Part shown: one piece after another, positions 35,983-48,140 of the stretch
Layout: the number at the start of each line of letters is the position of its first letter
How positions within the stretch are numbered: position 1 is the stretch's first letter
Origin: Pseudogymnoascus verrucosus
Lineage: Eukaryota
DNA: 64,000 bases
Assembly (NCBI GenBank): GCA_001662655.1
Contig: KV460213.1
Direction: 5' to 3' (one strand)
Translations under genes and position numbers: made by a program
Notes under the pieces: model-generated
Database searches by the model: none
Told to the model about the DNA's origin: nothing
Seen by the model: only the letters and a program-made list of their open reading frames with translations

Positions 35983-38885
35983 ATGATGGGAGGAGTCACC
36001 TATTTCCTTCTCGTCTATCTTCTTGGTGGCCTTACCTTTCTTCCCTTCCTCGTTGTGGTCCTCATCCTACACGCTTACCTGACATTCCCCGTCCGCGAGA
36101 CCACGACAGAGGTGCCAGGAGCACCGAGAAGCAACGGCCTTTTGCGGGATGGCGACCGAGCGGATGCTATCAGATCGGCTTCCAAGAATTTGGACGAGAA
36201 GTTTCAGTCTCGCAGCTCCCAAGAGTCTGACGTAGCTGCTGGGTATTTCGCCGTTTGCCGCGAATATGTCCCTGGAGGCATTAATGGCAAACCGCCGGAG
36301 AGAACAACTCCTACGGGCTCTACAGTTGTCACTTCACCGAGCCCAAGTGTATACCAAAGTATGTACCGCAGCATATTCGACCGAAGAAAGGACACAAATC
36401 CATTGGATATCAAGGGCGCCGGGAAGCCAACCAGTAAAGGCGGAAATGTATTTTATGTTGTGTTAAGGTATGGTTATAAATTGGAACAGCAATACATTTT
36501 TTTTACGTGGACTGTAGCTAATAATTTGCTAGGCATCAACATATCCTACTCTTCGACACTGAGGAACAACTCGAAGTCCGCTATGTGCTATCCCTGGCAC
36601 ACCACGATGTCAGTATATATGGCGGAGGCGAGGAAATACCAGACGGGGAGCTTTTTATCAAGCGAAATGCCATATGCTTGACCCGTAGAGCCGACGTTGG
36701 AGAAATGACGCCCGACGGAACACCTTCGAAACCTTTTTATCTATTTACCGATAGTCTTTCTGAGAAGGAAGACTTCTATTTCGCATTACTGAAAAATATG
36801 CAAAAACGACCTGAAGATTCAAACAATGTCCCCAAGCCTCTACAGTTCGATGTCAAGCACATTATTGAATTGGTTCAACGGCTACATTCATCCGAGGAGA
36901 ATATGCAGATACGGTGGTTCAACGCTGTCCTAGGAAGAATATTCCTCGGCATTTACAAAACGCCGGATGTCGAGGCCTTTATTAGAGCCAAGATTACCAA
37001 AAAGATATCGAGAGTGAAGAAGCCTGCATTTCTGTCCAAGATTATCATTCGAAACATTGATATGGGTGAGGGGGCCCCATATATCACTAATCCGCGTTTA
37101 AAAGACCTTACCGTCGACGGCGACTGTACGATTGAAGGCGACATGCTTTACACAGGTAATTTCCGCGTTGAAATAGCCGCAACTGCAAGGATAGAACTCG
37201 GCTCAAGGTTCAAGGCCAGGGAGGTAGACTTAGTCTTGGCGGCTACCGTTCGCCGCGTTGAGGGGCACATGCTTCTTAGAATTAAGCCGCCACCAAGCAA
37301 CCGTCTTTGGATGACTTTCGAGACCGCTCCACGAATAGATATGTCTATCGAGCCAATTGTCAGCTCCAGACAAATTACCTACACTCTGATTCTCCGCCAG
37401 ATAGAGAACAGGATCAAGGAGGTCATTGCTGAGTCCATTGTTATGCCATTTTGGGACGACCTTGCGTTTTTCAATACGGATGGAAAAAAGTGGCGAGGCG
37501 GTATCTGGACAGACAGCGAACTGTCTCGGCCATCACAACCCCTTGAAACAATAATTGCCGAGGATGGAGATGTAGACGAGCTGGAGCAAATAGAAAACCA
37601 AACGTCTTCTCCGCCTCTTCCGCCGCTGGGGAAGAGCATGAGTACCCCCGCGCTGGAAACCAGCCCACATGTAGAGTCTTTTGCTCGGAAAACCGCGAAG
37701 TCGGTCTTCAACATGGGGCCTTCCAAAAAGAATGCTTCGTCTACAAGTGTCGAAACAAAGTCGTCGGTGACTTCTAATAAGCCAAAATCCATCAGGAAGC
37801 ACTCATTCGCGAGTGCTGTTGTAAGCACCGATAATACCAATATCGACGCGCTCAAGCTCGAAAGCCCTTCAGACCACAGTGCAGCGGCTTCTACCATGGC
37901 TGCTCTATCAGCAAGGTCGCCTCCACCTTCAACAACGGCCAGCCCTGTTGGGTCTCCGTCTAAGCCTTCAAGTATATTGAAAACAAAGTCTGGCAGTATG
38001 TCGTCGTTTTCCTCACGAGAAACAGATAGTGTCGAATGTGCTGGACTCGACTCCACAATTTGTGATGAATTGAGAGCAGCAGATGGAGAGAGCCTCAAAA
38101 TAAACCAGCACAAAGGCGAAGCATCATTGGCAGAAAGCCCTAGCAGCCTATCCGATAGTTCTCACGCTGAGTCTATACGCCCTTCTCGCCTAGGAATTAT
38201 CGGCCAAGACGCAAATGGTTCACTGAACGTGGTGGAGGATTCAGAAGCCGGAGCTAGTGTTAGCAGAGGATCAACCTCAAAACGGAATACTCTTAGCGCA
38301 GTCGCCAGTGCAGCTGAAAACGCTCGAAAATGGGGGTTAAACGCGCTACAAAGAAGCCGTGACCAAACAAAGCTCTCCATGGCTTCTGAACTTGGGAGTG
38401 AAACACCCGATTTGACACAGCCAATGGGTCGCGGGAAACCATTACCGCCTCCTGGCACGCCTTTACCTCCTCCAGACAGAAGGACCAAAACTGCGCCTAT
38501 CCCAGTTCCAAAACGCAGACCACTCCCTCCTCCACATATGGCCCGACAACCGTCTGAAGTCAAGGCTCGAAGGTCTGCATCTTCCAACATGTCCCATCAA
38601 GCCCCACCACTACCTAAGCGGCATTCTCGCAATGACAATGCCGTCTCACAGGAAGGTGTACTTGTCGTCGCAGCTCCAGACTCTGAGCCGGTGTCCCCAA
38701 CAGACGACTCCGCAAATACTCATATTTCTCATTGGGAAGGCGGCGACAATGATGACGAAGCCCACGGTCACTCTAGCACACCCGCAAAGGAAGGTCCTCT
38801 CTTGCCCGCAAATGTACTAGAAGATACCGAGAGCCTGCACAACCCATCCAGCAGGGATGGAAGCACCGGAATTTCTGAATGTTAG
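35983..38885 (+). CDS. NVJ2: TM + PH + SMP-domain lipid-transfer/contact-site protein, Nvj2/TEX2-like
   Basis: N-terminal TM YLLGGLTFLPFL; PH split by intron 36468-36532 (GELFIKRNAI, EKEDFYFALL); SMP (WFNAVLGRIFL...IKPPPSNRLW). The 3' end is less certain. Confidence 0.85.
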
Positions 38886-39753
38886 AAATTGTATAATCAA
38901 GTACATTTTGATCGACCTTTGGAGGGTTCCAAAGTATGCCCTGTATTGCGCCACGAAGCCTCGACCCTTTACTCCGGCGATACACTTCACTGCGATCTTA
39001 TTGTCAACCTGTGCCTGGATAAACAACTCCAACGGGATCCTCGCCACCTTTTTGCGGTGATGCTATTATTTCATACTCGTCGTCATGCCAATCAGCTTGT
39101 TTCCGCTTGACCTTGGCCACCAGGGAAACTATTGACTTTCGCAGACATTCGATCAGATATTCCCACCATCAGGCTCCTTGGCAAGTTCCATTTATATATA
39201 ACGGAGCACCACTTGCAAGTAGTCTATGTTACAGAGTCAATGAGTGAAGCTAGATGGAAAGCAATCCCCACACAGACAAAACCGACTATTCTGGTTGTGT
39301 TTATCTCCTCCGACTTCTTATCATTAAATACCTTATAGTGAGTGGTAGTAAGAGCTACTCTGGCAAGAGACGTTTGGGGGTTTCGTCAAATAAATATATA
39401 CTATAACAGTGAAATGATAATAAATCGTACTCCAGTACTAAGATAGCCCTTGGATTTTCATAAAGTCTCCTCCAAGGACCTCGTTATTGGTGGTTGTGAC
39501 ATTTTCTTGGCTTACTGCCCACTTGTACCTGGAGATTACGTGGAGAGGCGAATAATTGGCCTGCCCCACACCCCGTCATGGATACCGGAGCTTGCCGTTT
39601 GAGCCTCGCTCCTAAGTTTACGTATTGCGCGGCCTCACTCACGGAGACAGTATAAGCAAACTGCGGCAGATTATATCCCTACCTTCCATTCCTTTGTTGG
39701 TATACTGCGCTTTATTTTCTGTGCGCGGGTGTGTCCGCTGCTGCAGTTTCAAC

Positions 39754-42700
39754 ATGTCACTACAAACAGCAAGACACGTTGACAATGCGAAGTCTGTTAC
39801 CCCCAATCTTGTTGCCTTGGTAGATCTCTAACAGAGGTTTAAATCGTCCTGAAGTTAAACTAATTTAAATGCGATATAGGTCTGAGAGCGAACTGGCTAT
39901 CAATATCCGAAAAGCCACCAGCATTGAGGAATCGGCACCCAAACGAAAGCATGTGAGGAGTTGTATTGTGTATACATGGGACCACAGGAGCTCCCAGTCC
40001 TTCTGGGCTGGGATGAAGGTGTGAGTACAATATGATATCAGCCACGGGTCTACTCTGTTTTAGATGATGAGATGCCTCTGTGGCCGTCGTTGTTTCATTT
40101 GCTAATAGTGACAAACTGTAGGCAACCTATACTCGCGGACGAGATTCAGACATTCAAAGCACTCATCACAGTACACAAAGTTTTACAAGAAGGGCATCCC
40201 ATAACACTTCGGGAATCTATGGCAAATCGAAGCTGGATTGACAGCTTGAATCGCGGAATGTCTGGAGAAGGCCTCCGAGGCTATGGCCCGTTGATCAAAG
40301 AATACGTCTACTTCCTGCTTGCAAAGCTCACCTTTCACCAACAGCATCCAGAATTCAACGGCACTTTTGAGTATGAGGAGTACATCAGCTTAAAGTCAAT
40401 AAATGATCCAAATGAGGGGTATGAGACGATTACAGACCTCATGCAGCTACAGGACAAGATTGAGCAGTTCCAGAAGTTAATTTTCTCTCATTTTAAGAGC
40501 GGCGCAAACAATGAATGTCGGATTTCAGCCCTGGTACCACTGGTTCAGGAGAGCTACGGGATTTACAAGTTTGTTACAAGTATGCTTCGCGCAATGCATA
40601 CAACAACTGGTGACGATGAAGCTCTGGAGCCTCTACGGGGCCGGTACGATGCTCAGCATTATCGGTTGATTAAGTTCTACTATGAGTGCTCCAATTTGCG
40701 ATATCTCACAAGCCTAATAACAGTTCCCAAACTGCCTCAAGACCCGCCAAATCTCCTTGCCGAGGACGAAAACGCACCTAGCTTGCCACAGCGCCCAAAG
40801 CAGGAGGTGGAACGCCAACCAACACCTGTCGCTGCACCAAAAAATGAAGAGCCTGATGACATCAGTGAGTTCTGGAAGAACGAACAAAATCGCCAACAGA
40901 AGGAGTACGAGGAGCAACAGAGAGTATTGGAGGAAAGGCAGGCTCAACAGCTCTACGCACAGCAGCAGGCAGCTTTGCAAGCTCAACAAAACTTTGAAGA
41001 GCAGCAGCGCCAACTTGCCGAGCAGCAACGCCGAGAACAAGAGGCGCTGATGCAGCAACAGACACAATGGCAGACCCAAGGACGGCTGGCAGAGCTCGAA
41101 CAAGAAAATTTGAATGCGAGGGCACAGTACGAACGTGATCAGCTGATGCTGCAGCAGTATGATCAGCGCGTAAAAGCCCTCGAAAGTGAACTGCAGCAGA
41201 TCCAAGCCAGTTACGGTCAACAAATTACGAGCAAAGACGACCAAATCAAGGCATTGCAAGAACAGCTGAACACATGGCGAACAAAGTACGAAGCTTTGGC
41301 CAAACTGTACTCACAGCTGCGAACAGAGCATCTTGATCTCCTCCAGAAGTTCAAGTCCGTGCAACTCAAGGCAGCTTCAGCACAGGAAGCCATTGACAAA
41401 CGGGAGAAGCTTGAACGCGAAATCAAGACGAAGAACCTCGAGCTTGCAGATATGATACGCGAACGAGACCGTGCGCTACATGAAAAGGATCGGGCGAGCG
41501 GTGGAAACCGAGAAGAGCTTGAAAAGCTGAAACGAGAACTCCGTATGGCTCTTGACCGTGCTGATAATGCAGAGCTTAGCAAGGGTAACGAGCTCTCTTC
41601 TATGCTTTCAAAGTACAACCGTGAGATGGCCGACCTTGAAGATGCCCTCCGGAAGAAGTCGCGTGCTCTCGAGGACATGTCAACCAAATACAGGGAAGGC
41701 GATAGTGACCTCGAGCAGTTGCTTAGAGAAAAGGAAGATGAGCTGGAGATCATGAAGATGGGAATGGACCAAACTTTGATTGAACTTAATGAGCTCAAGC
41801 TATCCCAAGGAGAAACTGACCATGCTTTAGATGGTCAGATTGATGCAGTGTTACTTTCTAACATTGCGAAGATCAATGACATCATTGATTCTGTCCTTCA
41901 GAGTGGTGTCCAACGTGTAGACGACGCTCTCTATGAGCTTGACTCCTCGATGCAAGCGGGAAACCAGAATGCATCTCCGTCATACGTGCTATCACAGGTC
42001 GAGAAAGCCTCTGCGAGTGCGACTGAGTTTGCGACTTCTTTCAATAACTTTATCGCCGACGGCCCTAATAGCACACATGCGGAGATTATCCGCACCACCA
42101 ACGTCTTTGCTGGCTCTATTGCAGATGTCCTGAGCAATACCAAGGGACTCACAAGGCTGGCCACGGACGACAAGAAGGCCGACCAACTAATAAATGCAGC
42201 CAGACAATCTGCTCAATCCACAGTTAAATTCTTCCGTGGTCTCCAGAGTTTTCGTCTGGATGGGATGGACCCTATGCAGAAAACTGACGTCGTCATCAAT
42301 AATAACAACGATGTCCAGATGAACTTGCAAAAGCTGAACAAGCTTGCTGACTCATTTGCACCGAGCAGCGGGAGACTGGCTAACAATAAGGGTGACTTGG
42401 GAGATCTTGTCGACAATGAACTCACCAAGGCCGCCGATGCCATCGCCGCAGCAGCAGCACGCCTGGCCAAGCTTAAGAATAAGCCCAAGGATGGATACTC
42501 GACATACGAGCTGCGAATTCATGACTCAATTCTCGATGCCGCATTAGCAGTTACGAATGCCATCGCGCAGCTAATCAAGGCGGCCACCGCAACCCAGCAA
42601 GAGATTGTGCAAGCTGGTCGGGGATCCTCGTCTCGCACTGCCTTTTACAAGAAGAACAATCGCTGGACTGAAGGTCTTATCTCTGCTGCAAAGGCTGTGG

Positions 42701-43154
42701 CGAGCTCCACAAACACTCTGATTGAAACTGCAGACGGAGTCCTGTCCGGTCGCAATAGCCCTGAACAACTTATTGTTGCATCAAACGATGTTGCAGCCTC
42801 CACTGCGCAACTCGTAGCTGCGAGCCGAGTCAAGGCTGGATTCATGAGCAAGAGCCAAGAGACACTGGAGACAGCTAGCAAGGCAGTCGGTGCCGCGTGC
42901 AGAGCGCTTGTCAGGCAAGTACAGAGCATGATCAAGGACCGTGACCAAGACGAAGAACGAGTTGATTACGGCAAGTTGGGAGCGCACGAGTTCAAGGTCA
43001 GAGAAATGGAGCAACAGGTAAGATTCCGAAACCCGCTTTAAGAAAACGCCATGATGCTAACCGTCGATAGGTTGAGATTCTGCAACTCGAGAATAATTTG
43101 GCCTCTGCGAGACAGCGGCTGGGCGAGATGAGGAAGATCTCGTATCAAGAATGA
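39754..43154 (+). CDS. SLA2: Endocytic adaptor Sla2/End4 (ANTH, coiled coil, I/LWEQ)
   Basis: IRKATSIEESAPKRKHVRSCIVYTWDH...FYKKNNRWTEGLISAAKAVA...EMEQQVEILQLE; three introns; ends YQE*. Confidence 0.97.
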
Positions 43155-43296
43155 GAAGGCAGGTGCAGTATGGGCTGGATGAATGGGAGCAGTAGAAAGA
43201 GGACTTTGTACATGCGCAAGACGCGGTTAATGTACAGAATTATTTACAAGGCCTGGGACATGTATAGTAGCCCTATTGCCCGATGTTCTCTTGACT

Positions 43297-43401
43297 CGAC
43301 TTTCCCTTGACTTTACGTGGCTTCCCCATGACTTCCTCTCGACTTACCCTGACTTTTCTCTAACTTTCCCTGGCTTTCAGCGGCTTTCCTTCGATTTTCC
43401 C
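43297..43401. repeat. Degenerate minisatellite, ~10 units of 10-11 bp (consensus YGACTTTCCCT)
   Basis: Units: cgactttccct tgactttacg tggcttcccca tgacttcctct cgacttaccc tgacttttctc taactttccc tggctttcag cggctttcctt cgattttccc. Confidence 0.8.
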
Positions 43402-43512
43402 AGCCCCTCCCCCCTGGCAACACCTTTCCCTCAATATCCGCTTCGCAGTCAAATGTTAAGCTCAGGCGGTGAAACGGATCGCGCTATTCCTAAACAGGAA
43501 ATATTTCAAGAA

Positions 43513-44468
43513 TTACATCAGGGTCCAAACCTTCGATCGTTCCAGCATTCGCTCCACCCCTTCCCACCGTACGCCGTACTTATGCAGGACGTACCGAATC
43601 AACAGTTCAAAGTTCTGGAGTACGAAGCACTGAGTTCCGAGATGGAGCGGGACAAAGGACATGTCAGATCTTTCGATGCACGCTAGCACGATGTGACCCT
43701 TCCTTCGCATCTCTGCAGGGTCTGGCCGGGGTTGGGCCAATAGTGTATCGGGCGACAAGTCTCTTTATTGGGACAACCAACCTGCTGTGGTGTGATGCCT
43801 CATGCATTGCGGCAAAGATCTACGCGTTGCCAAGACCATAAAAGCGGCGTGTGTGTGCTGAATGGTGGTGGGGGTTTATGATGATTTCCGGTTTGGGGAG
43901 AAGGAAGCACACAGTAACAGTAAATTTGGGACCTGGCATCGGGAATAAGGAGAATATCAGAGGGGAAAGTTGTTGGTTGGTGCTGGATGGTGGTGGGAAT
44001 GGCGGGAATGGTGGATCGACGGTGGAGGGACAAGGTGCGGGAAGGAACTGACGGTGTGGTTGGGTGGAGACTGCCCCACGACTGATCCGGAAAAGTGTTG
44101 TGGGACAGGGTTGCAGCTAGATTCCTTGGCGTACTTCTTTATCTGGACGTCACTTCTCACATTGAAAACATGATGCAAGGGCACGAATAGAATCCTGATG
44201 TTTCATAGTTCGAGGTCGTCAGCTAAAACGACCAAAACATTTCTAGCACTCTGTGGCGAGCGCTTTTTAGAACGAATCCTCCAGCGCGTAGCTTTCGCTG
44301 CGTTCGATAGCTGACAGAAGTTAGCGGGGGAAGAAGTGTGGTAGTCAGCAGAACAAACGTACATGGTAGCTGGATCAGTGGGCGCGTATAGCCCAGGCTT
44401 GCCAGGTATTCAGTTGTCTCTGCTGGATTGCTGGTCAAAAGCGTTGTAGTACTCGTTGTCCATTCCAT
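43513..44468 (-). pseudogene. Cryptic spliced unit / possible decayed MAT-associated gene
   Basis: Textbook 52-nt intron 44362-44311 (GTACGT...GCTAAC...CAG) just downstream of two ATGs (44468, 44463). Downstream frames are fragmented by stops. Confidence 0.35.
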
Positions 44469-44644
44469 TTTCACGGCAGTTGTATATCTAAATCCGTTCG
44501 TCGTGCAACTGTATGCGAATAGACCTCTCTTCCCAAGTGGCCAGTTTTAATTTAATTATTGTCATTAAAACCATATCCCATATTATTCTGACAATTCATA
44601 CTCCTCTGGTCCTGGTCGAATTTGCCGTATGTGTGGCGCTCCCT

Positions 44645-46579
44645 CTATGAAGTAAACAGGTCAGAAACGATTGGCACTGCTTTGAGCTGTGACGACATAC
44701 CGTATATGAGCCACTGCCAAAAGTTCCCACGAAAAAAAAGTTCCAAAGGGAAGGCACCTAAAATTCCCGAGTGCACTACACTTTCGTTAGATTTTCTCAC
44801 AGGTTGCCATTTTGAAAGCTTACAAATTGTTTTCAGTTTTGCAGTGGGGCTGTCCCAATTTGGCCGTTGGTCTCCAATTTGAGGTACTTGGCCTGCGATA
44901 ACAGACATTTCTGCACGATTTGGCGTCTCTCCTCTTATGTAGAACGGCAATAGAAGAGTCCAAATAATTCCATCGGGGTTTGAATTTGCGTTTGACCGCT
45001 GTAAGTAGTCCGATATCCCCCTGATGATATTAGTTTGGATGGCCATGAAATAGCAAAGCAAAACCTACGCCACAATGCTAGCTCGAAGCCAGCATCGAAA
45101 TACAAGAGGAAGATACATCTTCTTGGATCCTCCAAGTATATTGGAACTTTCATTGAAAATATTGATGATCATGATAGCCCTCTTGTTAACCTTCACTAGA
45201 ACATTCTCAATCCTCCGAAGTTTGGCGGGAATACAGCCGACTGGCGTGTATGTAAACTTAATAGAATTCCATGGTGGCAGCGAAATGGTAGACTGGGAAC
45301 GAAACGGGATACGCTTGGGACGATATTTTTGTCGAGCGCCCTTTTGATATCCTGGACAAGCTTCACTGATTGTTGTTTTGAATTTTTGGATGAGATTGCC
45401 GGCCTCTTCGAACGGAACTGAGTCCAAAATATTTGGTTCAGACTCAGAATCTGTTTCGGAGCTGGCTGTCTTCGTTTCAAGAAATCTCGAGCCTTCTGTG
45501 TCTAAATTGATGGCGCTGTTTACGTCTTTGGTGCTCGTATATTTGCAATTGCCGTTTTTTTTAAGCATCGACAGGAGGCAAGTAATTGGCGTTTCTGTTT
45601 GGTGATTGTGTGACGGGCGAGATAATAGCAATTTCTTTTCATCGGCCATAGCAAAAGCTAGGTCGCTGAGGGAAATGATGAACCTGGTACTGCCGAGAAC
45701 CTTGAGATCATTGTCATTGACTGGTATAAAACCAACGTTGGGAATAATTCCATCTCCTTGACTTTCTGCAGCTCCTTTTGATTTCCATAATCCCTTTTTG
45801 GGGTTTCTCCTCAAGGTCTTTTGCTGCTGATCGAGCCCCCAGGCAATTTCATTTGTTGGTCGTGATACGAAAAAGAACATTGATGGCTTTGAAAAGTTGG
45901 ATTCAAATTGTGCCCCTTCGTTTGGTTTTGAAGAATTAGGGAGAGTGTAACCATGTGTGGACTTGTCCAAGACTATCTTGCCGGCATCCAACATGGCTTT
46001 AAGTGTGAGATTTTCGACAATGGCGCCATTTGAGTCAAAGGAAATTCCCAGACGGTGCAGATATTTGAGTGATGTGCTGATATTGTTTCCATCGCTACCC
46101 TCATTTTTTCTTGTCGATGTTAAGGGCGGTACTTTCTTCAGATGGGGATTCTTCAAGGTGACCGTTGCCCTTCCATTCCCGCGGAATTTCAGCCCAGATG
46201 AACGCCAAAAAACATCTTGAAGTGACGGACAAAAATTGCTTTCTCCAAGAGGAGCATTTATTTCATTTGCGTTAAAAGGGCCGTGTAATACCAGCTTTCG
46301 GGCCCTCAAGAGATAGGCAAGTTGACGATTTGGGACCAAATAACCGTTTGGCTTGAAACTTAAACCGATTGAGCGGCCGCGTTTAATTTTCATTCTATTT
46401 TTGAACGTTGCGTACTCGTCGTCGTCCAGCGTAGAGTTTTCTTCTTCTTCTGTTTCGCTGTCGGACTCACTTTCTTCGTTGGATGTGTCGCTATCATACC
46501 CGTCATTGTAATCATGGATCGAATCGTGATCGCTGATGTAAGGTGGAATATCGACTTGCCCAATCATCTCTCGCCCCAT
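44645..46579 (-). CDS. Orphan MAT1-2 accessory protein (hypothetical; acidic N-terminal tract); 3' structure uncertain
   Basis: 514-codon ORF 45065-46609 (first ATG 46579) plus an in-frame 138-codon continuation after a single TAG. Divergent from MAT1-2-1 inside the idiomorph. No recognisable domain. Confidence 0.7.
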
Positions 46580-46831
46580 TCTCAGTTTCTCGTTTGAGTG
46601 AGCCTTCAATCCTGTCGAAGTCTAGTTTTGTATTTCGTGAAGTTACCGTTCTGATCAGATAGTGGAAGTTGTGATGGAAGTTGGGGTGGATGTAACTATT
46701 TTTGAAAGGTTACGGCGGATTTATTCTGTGGCGTCAAATGAAATCCACTTGGGGGTTCTTTCAGATAGTCCATTTACTTGCTGCTTTTACCGACCGCTTA
46801 GTTTACCGAGTATGATGCAGGCTAATTAAAT

Positions 46832-46842
46832 AAACAAAGAAA
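46832..46842 (-). promoter_or_regulatory. TR-box-like HMG (Ste11-type) binding site TTTCTTTGTTT
   Basis: Plus strand reads AAACAAAGAAA, in the ~500-bp spacer between the divergent MAT genes. Confidence 0.5.
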
Positions 46843-47081
46843 GCGGTTATTTTGTCGCATCTCCCGCTTTACTTTTCATAAGCGCTTCGATCAACTTCAA
46901 TTCATTCACACCTCGACAACCACTCCTCCACCAACTTTTTGTCATCATCCAATCAACACACCCAACACTACCTTCTCTGTATTCATTCTACTGATTGCTA
47001 TCAAGCTGTGGCCTCAAACGACGAATACAATTGCAACTGCTATTTTCTCAGCTATAGCTTGCACCAACGGCGTCACGAGCT

Positions 47082-48140
47082 ATGTCGCTCCATACGACAG
47101 ACATGAATTTCACGCCAACCAACCTGGCCCAATCCATTTCAGCAATTCTTTCTGGTCAAATTACCGGCAACAATGTCATTGCGCACATACAGTTGTCAGG
47201 TATTTTTGATCAACTCGAACAGAATGAAAAGAATTGGCTTCTTTATGGGTTTGCGTGAGTACTTTGACTACTTCTATATGGTCGCTTTTCTGACTTCTTC
47301 ACAGCTTACTCATCAATTCATCATCTGAATTCACCGTCTTGAATGATCTTGACAGAGTTGTTTTTCATCCATTCGGTCAAGGGCCCCAGTTTGGGCAAGG
47401 CATCTTTTATTCGCCAGATACGAGTGCATCAGAGCCCACTGGCGAAACCATGGCCAAGGTTCCAAGGCCGCCAAATGCATTCATTCTTTATCGTAAAGAT
47501 CACCACCAACTTGTCAAGGATGCAAACCCTGGCATTCACAACAATGAAATCTGTGAGTAAATTTCATGTGCTTCTAATACTCATGAATTAACCATTTTTA
47601 GCTGTCATCCTTGGCCAAAAATGGAATGGAGAGTCAACTGAAGTTCGCGATCACTACCTGGCCCTCTCAAAGCAGGCCAAACGCGACCATTTGCTGCAGT
47701 ATCCAGACTATCAGTATCGTCCACGCCGCCCGGAGCAATTGAAGAGACGTATGACGAAAGAAAAGAAGCGCAAGTTGATGGCTAGATTTGTAGCCGAAGA
47801 GAATACTGCAGACGACAACCAGGGCGGCAACTTGTCAAACGGTACTTGATTAAACTCTCCTCTTACATACTCACAACTAATATTTCCAGATGCCTCTGAC
47901 CTGAAATTTCTCATTCCAAAGACGGGCTCGCCAAATGTTCTTTTTCTTGGGGCTTATAGCCCAGCAAAAATCGAGTTGGCCAAGAGCGTTGTTAACAGTG
48001 CTGCCATGGATATTGACATTGTGTCCTGGAATTCTATTACCGCCGATGTTGACTTGATGCTGAAAGATGACACTCGAGTCAAAGATGGCCGCATTCCCAC
48101 CACTGGAGTTGCACCGGGCGCTTATCTCTGGACAAGATAA
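47082..48140 (+). CDS. MAT1-2-1: Mating-type HMG-box transcription factor MAT1-2-1 (4 exons, ~303 aa)
   Basis: Introns 47255-47304, 47553-47601 and 47842-47889. HMG box KVPRPPNAFILYRKDHHQLVKDANPGIHNNEIS^VILGQKWNGE...HLLQYPDYQYRPRRPEQLKRR, with the conserved intron splitting the Ser codon. Confidence 0.9.

Noticed and set aside
38889..39110. 73-aa ORF just after the NVJ2-like stop
   Set aside because: No convincing splice signals linking it and no recognisable sequence; probably 3' UTR.
43513..43758. 81-aa ORF considered as an alpha-box (MAT1-1-1) fragment
   Set aside because: No recognisable alpha-domain core motif; needs an HMM search to settle.
44266..44468. 49-aa spliced peptide as a pheromone precursor
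   Set aside because: No CAAX box, signal peptide or Kex2-flanked repeats.
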